Virus record (IMG/VR): IMGVR_UViG_3300032323_000656
Span: 1 to 53,169 of that record
Reading direction: 5' to 3' (one strand)
Length of the DNA stretch: 53,169 nucleotides
Source: a virus
Taxonomy: Duplodnaviria > Caudoviricetes
In this document: positions 46,518 through 53,169 of the stretch, one piece after another
Layout: each line of letters opens with the position of its first letter
Numbering within the stretch: the first letter of the stretch is position 1
Position numbers and translations under genes: made by a program
The notes under the pieces: generated by a model
Database searches by the model: none
What the model was told of the DNA's origin: nothing
What the model saw: only the letters and a program-made list of their open reading frames with translations

Positions 46518-47564
46518 ATGCCAAGACTAAGCCTATGGAAACCCGAGAAAACTAATGACTACCATTTTATGGACAGGCTCATCCGTGAGCAGTTTATGGT
46601 AGGCGGAACCGGTGTGTTAATCCACAAATACTTACAACCAGCAGATCAGGGTGCCAGTACTGATCCGACCAAGCCTAACTATAGAGCAGATGATGTATTA
46701 AACGAAACTAAGATACAGGACTTGTTGTTCTTAGAAAATCGTGACAGAATTTATGATCCTGATATCTACGAACTTCGCGGAGTTTACAACGTAGGTGATC
46801 AAGACTTTGACCTAACTCAGTTCGGTTTGTTCTTAAGTGCCGATACTATCTACATTACATTCCATACCAATGATATGGTTGATCGTATGGGTCGTAAACT
46901 TATGGCCGGAGATGTTATTGAACTACCGCATATACGTGACGACTTATTATTAGATGAATCTAAGCCGGCTATCAATAAATTTTATGTTATTCAAGATGCT
47001 AGTCGTGCCGCAGAAGGTTTTAGTCAAACTTGGTATCCGCACATTTGGCGTATCAAAGCTAGCCCAATGACAGATGCACAAGAATATCGCGACATACTAT
47101 CACAAACTGCCGATAACGGTGTTGACACATTAAAAGATGCTCTAAGCACTTATCAACGAGAACTAGAAATTTCCAAAGCTATTATTGCTCGGGGCGAACA
47201 ACTTGCTCCTACTATATTAGATGATCAAAATAATTTGTTACAAGATAATACTAAAACATATCAAGAAAATGCTGATCCAACTTACGAGCACGGTGAACCA
47301 TTAAATTCTGGTTTAAGTTTTCCTTTAAATCCGCATCAAGGTGATTTCTTTTTACGCACAGATTATCAACCTGCGGCATTATTTGCTTATCGAGGAACAC
47401 GTTGGCAACGCATCACAACTCCAAATGGACCAGTTGATCTAAGAGATAGCGTATTGAATGCTTCTAATTTTATTAATAATACTTCTACAACTGTAGTAGG
47501 TAATGAAGAAATACCAGAACGTCAAGCACTAAGTCAGATAGTTAAACCTAAGACAGATTTCTAA
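46518..47564 (+). CDS. Neck protein (gp14-like)
   Basis: DLTQFGLFL, MGRKLMAGDVIELPH; late promoter 46504-46509; position next to a gp15-like gene. Confidence 0.7.
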   Translation: MPRLSLWKPEKTNDYHFMDRLIREQFMVGGTGVLIHKYLQPADQGASTDPTKPNYRADDVLNETKIQDLLFLENRDRIYDPDIYELRGVYNVGDQDFDLTQFGLFLSADTIYITFHTNDMVDRMGRKLMAGDVIELPHIRDDLLLDESKPAINKFYVIQDASRAAEGFSQTWYPHIWRIKASPMTDAQEYRDILSQTADNGVDTLKDALSTYQRELEISKAIIARGEQLAPTILDDQNNLLQDNTKTYQENADPTYEHGEPLNSGLSFPLNPHQGDFFLRTDYQPAALFAYRGTRWQRITTPNGPVDLRDSVLNASNFINNTSTTVVGNEEIPERQALSQIVKPKTDF

Positions 47565-47566
47565 TT

Positions 47567-48919
47567 ATGCAATATTTTTATGACGAACAAATAAGAAAAT
47601 ACCTAACGCAGTTTATGCGTATTCTTGGCGGCTTTAGTGTAAAGACTGGCAAAGATCGTAATGGCGCCGAATCTTATATTCAAGTACCTGTACGCTACGG
47701 TGACATTAATCGTATGGCTGCTCATATACTAAAAAATCAAAGTGAGAACATGATCAATACTGTTCCATTTATCAGTTGCTATGTTACTGATATGACTATT
47801 AGTGCTGAACGCAGAATGAATCCTACTCACGTAGATAAAGTCAAGGTATATGAAAAGAAATTTGATCCAGTTGCCGGAGAATATATAGACGGTGAAGTAG
47901 GTAATACTTATACCATCGAACGCTACATGCCTGTGCCCTACGATTTAACAGTACAAGTAGATATTTGGACCAGCAACACTGATCAAAAACTTCAATTAAT
48001 GGAACAGTTGTTAGTATTGTTTAATCCTAGTATTAATTTGAAAGTCAACGATAATCCGTTTGATTGGAGTAATCTAACTTATACAGAATTAGTAAACGTA
48101 GTTTGGAGTGTGCGACAAGTACCGCAGGGTACTGATGATATCATCGATGTCGCTGCCATGAACTTTACTATACCTATATTAATTAACCCTCCTGCAAAGT
48201 TAAAGCGTCAGACATTAATTCACACTATATTAACAGAAATACGCAGAAACAAAGAAGGTGAACAATTAGATTGGGTTCCTAGTGATCCTATCCCTAACAA
48301 AGAATGGCTTGTTATAACTTTTGAAAATTTAAAATTACAAGTTCAAATTCAAGGTGATCAAGCTATACTATTAAATAGTGCAGGCGGAGTTACAAATCAA
48401 AATGGTGATCCTTTGAGCTGGGTAGAAACACTAAAGCCATACGGCGAACTAAGACTAGGAATTAGTAATTTAAGATTACGTAGAGGCAGCGATCCTAGTG
48501 ATCCTAGTCAAGATATAGTTGCTATTATTAATGACATAGATTTATCGCAACCTAATATTGCAAATATAACTGTAGATTCTACTACATTACCTAATGTAAC
48601 TACTCCTGCTGTTGATGCTATTATTAATCCTACTAAGAGTGCTCCTGGTAAAAATTTACCTACAGCTACTACAGGACAACGCTATCTTGTATTAGAAGAT
48701 GTTCCTAATACCAGCGCATGGGGAATAACTAATGCACAAGCTAATGATATTATACAATACAACGGAAGTAGTTGGATTATCAGTTTCAGTAGTATAAGTA
48801 ATGTTAATGCTGTTGTATTGAATGCAACAACAGGGTTGTACTACGAGTGGCGCGAAGGTCAATGGATCAGTGCTGTAGAAGGTACTTATCAAAACGGATG
48901 GTGGAGATTATATCTTTGA
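47567..48919 (+). CDS. Tail sheath stabilizer/terminator (gp15-like) with C-terminal extension
   Basis: YFYDEQIRKY..QF, VPVRYG, MPVPYDL, Q.LQLMEQLL.LFNP. Confidence 0.8.
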   Translation: MQYFYDEQIRKYLTQFMRILGGFSVKTGKDRNGAESYIQVPVRYGDINRMAAHILKNQSENMINTVPFISCYVTDMTISAERRMNPTHVDKVKVYEKKFDPVAGEYIDGEVGNTYTIERYMPVPYDLTVQVDIWTSNTDQKLQLMEQLLVLFNPSINLKVNDNPFDWSNLTYTELVNVVWSVRQVPQGTDDIIDVAAMNFTIPILINPPAKLKRQTLIHTILTEIRRNKEGEQLDWVPSDPIPNKEWLVITFENLKLQVQIQGDQAILLNSAGGVTNQNGDPLSWVETLKPYGELRLGISNLRLRRGSDPSDPSQDIVAIINDIDLSQPNIANITVDSTTLPNVTTPAVDAIINPTKSAPGKNLPTATTGQRYLVLEDVPNTSAWGITNAQANDIIQYNGSSWIISFSSISNVNAVVLNATTGLYYEWREGQWISAVEGTYQNGWWRLYL

Positions 48920-49389
48920 AACAATTTAAAGGCGTCGGGGCGATTATAGTCAGTGAACAAACTGGCAAGGTTATGACTGTACTTCGTAGTCCTGAAGAAA
49001 GTTATCCTAATACTTGGACATTTGCTGGCGGCAAAGTCGAAGAAAATGAAAGCCCGAACAACGCATTAATTAGAGAACTCGACGAAGAATTACAATTAAC
49101 TAAGATCAAAAAAATAATTCCCTTACATAGATATCAAAGTAGAAGTAACGACTTTGTCTACGACACTTTTGTTGTTTTAGTTTCTAAGGAATTTGTTCCT
49201 GAATTAAACTGGGAAAACGCAGGATATGCGTGGACTAGCATAGATTCGTTGCCAAGTCCTTTACATCCAAAAGCAAGACAAATGATCAGTTCATCAAGAC
49301 TAATTAAGAAATTTAAGAATTTTTATAATTGGGTAGATAAAAAGAATGGCAGAGATAATACAGTTTCCAAGAAAAACCCAACCAATTAA
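48898..49389 (+). CDS. NUDIX hydrolase
   Basis: GGKVEENESPNNALIRELDEE Nudix box, LHP; exact start uncertain (ATG 48898 or TTG 48916). Confidence 0.88.
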   Translation: MVEIISLKQFKGVGAIIVSEQTGKVMTVLRSPEESYPNTWTFAGGKVEENESPNNALIRELDEELQLTKIKKIIPLHRYQSRSNDFVYDTFVVLVSKEFVPELNWENAGYAWTSIDSLPSPLHPKARQMISSSRLIKKFKNFYNWVDKKNGRDNTVSKKNPTN

Positions 49390-49732
49390 AGTTGTTAAAT
49401 CAGTTGATTTATATCATTGTTGGGATTACCGACTTAATAACCCGTTATTGAATAGTATGTTTAAGCCTGAAGTATCTTATGTAGAACGCTGGTTTTTACA
49501 GACTAAACATTTATTAAATAACGAGGAACTAAATCATCCTCTTATAAAATTATTGTTTAGCTTAGAAGATAACACTCTCAATCTATTAATAGAGTGCACC
49601 GAAAAAGACTTGGCTATTCAAAGAGAATTTGCAGATGAGTGGTATAAAGATTCTACCGATGTTAACATCGGTAAACTAAATCGTTGGTTAGTTAAGTGGC
49701 AAGGTTTACAACAATATCGTCTGCGTTCTTAA
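49346..49732 (+). CDS. Hypothetical protein
   Basis: 128 aa, MAEIIQFP start. Confidence 0.6.
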   Translation: MAEIIQFPRKTQPIKVVKSVDLYHCWDYRLNNPLLNSMFKPEVSYVERWFLQTKHLLNNEELNHPLIKLLFSLEDNTLNLLIECTEKDLAIQREFADEWYKDSTDVNIGKLNRWLVKWQGLQQYRLRS

Positions 49733-50321
49733 ATTCTTTAAGTCCGAGATGTCCTATTTCAAAACTAACTTTAACATCTAACCATACCGGTATATTATTG
49801 TTTTTGCAGTTTCTAAAAAACTCAATATCTTCTCCAGTATATTGACCATTATTAAAACCTAAAATAAACCAAGGCAACTCTAGTTTATTAAACACATCGA
49901 TTTGTATTAAACAAAATCCCAGTGCCATTGCTTCTACTAGTATATGACTATCTGTTTGTTCTTTTAATCTAACATATGTATTCCAGTTATCTATACTATG
50001 CCATGCTGTAGGAATAACTGGTTCGATACGTTTACTATAGGCTGCTCCTACTACTGGTTCATTAAAGTTTAATAACTCTATTACATGATTTGGTTTGAAT
50101 ATAATGTCACTGTCAATAAACATAACATGTGTAGCACCCCATTCTCGGGCAGCTTTAACCAATTCATGTCTCTGATTAGCAATTAGTGTTCCTGGACTTA
50201 AGAATAGACTATGATCTATACCAACATTTGATAATACCTTGCCTAAATTGTATAAACTAAATGCACACCTGCTATGCATTTGTTCCCTAGTGGGCATACA
50301 TATTGCTATTTTATGTTTCAT
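49692..50321 (-). CDS. Glycosyltransferase, GT-A (family 2-like)
   Basis: IAICMP, THVMFIDSD (DxD), GFCLI, GEDIEF, GH motifs. Confidence 0.85.
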   Translation of the reverse strand: MKHKIAICMPTREQMHSRCAFSLYNLGKVLSNVGIDHSLFLSPGTLIANQRHELVKAAREWGATHVMFIDSDIIFKPNHVIELLNFNEPVVGAAYSKRIEPVIPTAWHSIDNWNTYVRLKEQTDSHILVEAMALGFCLIQIDVFNKLELPWFILGFNNGQYTGEDIEFFRNCKNNNIPVWLDVKVSFEIGHLGLKEFKNADDIVVNLAT

Positions 50322-50890
50322 TACTTAATTTTTTTTAGTGTTAGAGTAGTAGGAACGGAGTTAGCAGAATCTTCAGGAAGTCCAGAATTTGCATACGCTT
50401 CTTCTTGTCCTTGATTAATACCGATTTCTTCTTCAGCTTTTAATGTTGCTTCTTTTATAGTGTTTGCTAATTTTACACAAATCTGTGTTGCTCTTATATA
50501 TAACTCTTCTGGCAACTTTGCCATTTTTGTCATTGTATCTACACTTAGTTTTCCGTATGTGAGCAATTCGATTGCAGCTATTTTTCCTAGATGCTCTGTC
50601 CAATATTCTCTTTCCAGCATTTCCCAGTTAGCTACTTTAGATTCCAATTCAGCTAAATCTTGTGCAAGTAAAATTTCTTCCAAAGTTCGTTTTTCTTCTT
50701 CAAGACAGATAGTCTCGTATTGTCTAGTTTCGTTAAGAAGATCACTGTTGATTTTTCTAATTCTATTTACTAGTTCAATAACGTATCTTGCATTTGAAAA
50801 TCCTGATTGGGGATGAAAGTTTTCCCTCTCAAATGAACTTTGCACATTATAAGGACACAGTTCAAAAAGTTTTGTTAGTTTGTAAGTCAT
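50321..50890 (-). CDS. Hypothetical helical protein
   Basis: 189 aa, coupled to the glycosyltransferase; GAGG RBS. Confidence 0.65.
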   Translation of the reverse strand: MTYKLTKLFELCPYNVQSSFERENFHPQSGFSNARYVIELVNRIRKINSDLLNETRQYETICLEEEKRTLEEILLAQDLAELESKVANWEMLEREYWTEHLGKIAAIELLTYGKLSVDTMTKMAKLPEELYIRATQICVKLANTIKEATLKAEEEIGINQGQEEAYANSGLPEDSANSVPTTLTLKKIK

Positions 50891-50892
50891 AA

Positions 50893-50927
50893 AAATACCT
50901 CAATATGTTAGTACTGAGGTATTTATA
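50893..50927 (-). promoter_or_regulatory. Late promoter TATAAATA overlapping an RBS-sequestering hairpin
   Basis: Arms AAATACCTCA (50893-50902) and TGAGGTATTT (50915-50924). Confidence 0.65.
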
Positions 50928-50942
50928 AGTGTAATTCTTATA

Positions 50943-51143
50943 TTAATGATTGAATGGTGTAGTGCGTCCACCGAATCTAGAACTTAAACTAATTTGAGTT
51001 CCTGCCGATTGTCCGACCAATGTACCTAACACACCACTTAATGTAATATTAGTGCCGGCTGCTGGTGGATAAGGTTGGTTTCCGTATGCCCTACGCACAC
51101 GACCCATTGCAATTTCAGAACCTGTTGCTGGTAATAAAGCCAT
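50943..51143 (-). CDS. Small tail-fibre-associated virion protein
   Basis: 66 aa, MALLPATG..I.M...ISLS..FGG pattern; AGGAG RBS; late promoter. Confidence 0.6.
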   Translation of the reverse strand: MALLPATGSEIAMGRVRRAYGNQPYPPAAGTNITLSGVLGTLVGQSAGTQISLSSRFGGRTTPFNH

Positions 51144-51192
51144 TTATGATCTCCTGTTGAATTATTTATCGTAAATAATGTCTTTGACTTAC

Positions 51193-51219
51193 AAGAAGGG
51201 AGTTTCCTCCCTTCTTTTT
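51193..51219. terminator. Terminator hairpin after the tail fibre gene
   Basis: AAGAAGGGAG-TTTC-CTCCCTTCTT (GAAA loop on the minus strand). Confidence 0.75.
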
Positions 51220-51224
51220 ACATA

Positions 51225-53169
51225 TTATTGTAAAGTCTTTTTAACATCCTTACGAAGTTCTTCAATCATAGCTTGTTGCTCTTTAATAGCTTCAACTAGC
51301 ACGGATACAACTTTGTCATAACGGATGGTTTTGTAACCTTCCAATGCTGACTGAGTAACCAATTCTGGCATAACTGCTTCAACTTCTTGAGCTAATAAAC
51401 CAATTTGGTTATCATAACGTGAAACGCCTAATTCGTGAGCTAAGTCGTTGGCCTTGTATGTGTAACCACCAATTGCCATAACTTTATCTAACGCACCTTG
51501 AATTGGAGCAATATCTTGCTTCAAACGTTCGTCGGAGAAGTAAGCTGTAATTTCACCAGTTGCTGTAATGCTACCAGATACTGTTAAAGCGCCTGTGCTC
51601 ATTGCACGACTTGTAGTGGCGCCACGAGCAACAACTGCATCCAATGTACTTGTTTCTGAGTAACCAGTAATGAAACCGGCACCGTTAGTCAATTGGTTAG
51701 TGTTAGTAGGAATTGTAATTACACCAGTAGAACTGTTGTAAGCACCGCTACCTGCTGTGAAGCTAACTGCTGCGCGAGCACGAGCGTCTGTGTAGTACAA
51801 GTTTGTACCTTCACTGATACCACTAGTGCTTGGAGTTGTATAGCTGAATACACCAGTTGAACTGTTGTAAGATAAGCTACCACTTGCACTTACCGCACTA
51901 CGAGCGCGAGCATTTGTGAAGTACAAGTTTGTGCTACCTTCAGTGATCTCGTCTGTGTTGTCTTTACCTTGTACTGCACTATCAACATAACTTGTTGTTG
52001 CAAAGTTTGCACCGTTAGTCAATTGGTTAGTGTTTGTAGGAATAGTGATTACACCAGTTGAGCTGTTATATGCACCAGAACCTGCTGCAAAGCTAACTGC
52101 TCCACGTGCCAATGTATTGCTGAAATACTTATTGCTTGAGCCTTCACTAATTGCATCAGTATCTAATGTACGTGTGCCGCCTAGTGCAACGCTTGTACCG
52201 TTGATTGTAATGCTGTTGTTAGCCAATGAATTATTAGGAATAGAACCCAAGTTAAATACACCAGTTGAGCTGTTATAACTAATACCTGTATTACTTGTAA
52301 CACTCAATGCACTACGAGCGCGAGCTGCTGTGTGATATAAGTTTGTTGAACCTTCAGCTAAGTCATCTGTACCAGTTGCCATTGGGTAGTAAACAGCGCC
52401 GTTGTTAGTAAATGTCCACTTTGTAGAACCTTCGTTCCAACGTAATTGTACATTTGCTTCGTCACCGCGTTCAACTTCGATACCAGCATTTTGTGTTGGT
52501 GTGCCTGTAGTATCGCTGTTCAATGTTAAGATGTTGTCTGCAACTGAAACTGTATTAGAGTTAACTGTTGTTGTTGTACCACTAACTGTAAAGTTACCAG
52601 CAACTACAACACCTGTCGAATCGACTGTTAGAGCTGTATTACCGTCAACTGTAACTGTAACTGTACCAGTGCCGCTGTCGACTACTGCAACGCTTGAGTT
52701 ACCTTGTGTAATAGAACTTGTGCTGATGTTACCGATAGCTGTATCAACATAAGTCTTTGTGGCCGCATCGCTGCCAGAACTCGGAGCACCTAGACCGATA
52801 ACTTTGTTACCGTTCATTTCGATGTTATCACCAAAGTTAACTTTGATACCTGAACTGTCAGTAATGTTCTTACCACTAGTAATTTGTAGAGTACTATCTA
52901 CTTGTAATGTTGTTGTGCTCGTACCTAACTGTAAAATACCGTTACCAAGTGTCTTGATACGGATATTTTGATCTTCGTCAGCACTAAATGTAATTGTACC
53001 TGTATCGTCTTGTAGAACTTTTTGTCCGTTAACATACAAAGAACCCGGACCAACGTAGATATCTTTCCACTGTCTTGTTGGGCTACCTAGGTCATAAGTA
53101 ATGTCTGCGCTAGGAATGATGTCACCAGCAATACTGCTAATACCACCTGTTAATGTTAAACCTCCAAAA
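51225..53169 (-). CDS. Tail fibre protein with C-terminal peptidase S74 intramolecular chaperone, partial (5' end beyond the window)
   Basis: Frame is open from the window end (FGGLTL...YDLGSPTRQWKDIYVGPGSLYVNG); repeated EGSTNLY.T.ARAR...YNSSTGV; SDERLK motif and coiled-coil end. Confidence 0.9.
   Translation of the reverse strand, partial: FGGLTLTGGISSIAGDIIPSADITYDLGSPTRQWKDIYVGPGSLYVNGQKVLQDDTGTITFSADEDQNIRIKTLGNGILQLGTSTTTLQVDSTLQITSGKNITDSSGIKVNFGDNIEMNGNKVIGLGAPSSGSDAATKTYVDTAIGNISTSSITQGNSSVAVVDSGTGTVTVTVDGNTALTVDSTGVVVAGNFTVSGTTTTVNSNTVSVADNILTLNSDTTGTPTQNAGIEVERGDEANVQLRWNEGSTKWTFTNNGAVYYPMATGTDDLAEGSTNLYHTAARARSALSVTSNTGISYNSSTGVFNLGSIPNNSLANNSITINGTSVALGGTRTLDTDAISEGSSNKYFSNTLARGAVSFAAGSGAYNSSTGVITIPTNTNQLTNGANFATTSYVDSAVQGKDNTDEITEGSTNLYFTNARARSAVSASGSLSYNSSTGVFSYTTPSTSGISEGTNLYYTDARARAAVSFTAGSGAYNSSTGVITIPTNTNQLTNGAGFITGYSETSTLDAVVARGATTSRAMSTGALTVSGSITATGEITAYFSDERLKQDIAPIQGALDKVMAIGGYTYKANDLAHELGVSRYDNQIGLLAQEVEAVMPELVTQSALEGYKTIRYDKVVSVLVEAIKEQQAMIEELRKDVKKTLQ
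51679..52102. repeat. Intragenic direct repeat in the tail fibre (~94 bp at 51679-51772 and 52009-52102)
   Basis: Both copies encode AVSF.AGSGAYNSSTGVITIPTNTNQLTNGA with mostly synonymous differences. Confidence 0.85.

Noticed and set aside
1-53169. Stop-codon reassignment as seen in some large phages
   Set aside because: Genes are full length under the standard code and TAA, TGA and TAG all end genes (TAG at 21921 and 45237)
1-53169. tRNA/rRNA genes
   Set aside because: Intergenic gaps are short, and I saw no cloverleaf with a T-loop GTTCRA in them; a tRNAscan run would be needed to exclude this fully

Overview
53 kb segment of a large T4-superfamily-related myovirus (jumbo-phage-like organisation). 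It is AT-rich, uses the standard genetic code, is very densely coded and runs mostly on the minus strand. From left to right: a partial PAAR-like spike gene; a redox/nucleotide cluster (two glutaredoxins, CDGSH Fe-S protein, nrdB, cupin, class II aldolase, nrdA); a PD-(D/E)xK exonuclease; a block of small probable virion/prohead proteins; DnaB-like helicase and primase; a fatty-acid desaturase; a miniature DnaE-like protein; UvsW; an accessory island of separately promoted genes (MutH-like nuclease, HNH, ParB/DGQH protein, secreted S8 protease with a probable beta-barrel, AAA ATPase); UvsY, UvsX and gp32; terminase; head completion protein; tail tubes and sheath; dNMP kinase; neck proteins; a lyase-like lipoprotein; NUDIX; glycosyltransferase; and a partial tail fibre with a peptidase S74 chaperone. 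Two promoter classes can be read directly: sigma70-type TTGACA-N17-TATAAT (early) and T4-like TAAATA (late). The most notable observations are the promoter-bounded cassette island with its ParB-HNH-MutH nuclease module, the ~190-aa minimal DnaE, RBS-sequestering hairpins with embedded late promoters, several structured leaders, apparently leaderless genes, and a mucin-like Thr tail on a tail-region protein. All family calls come from motif recognition by eye; no database search was run.
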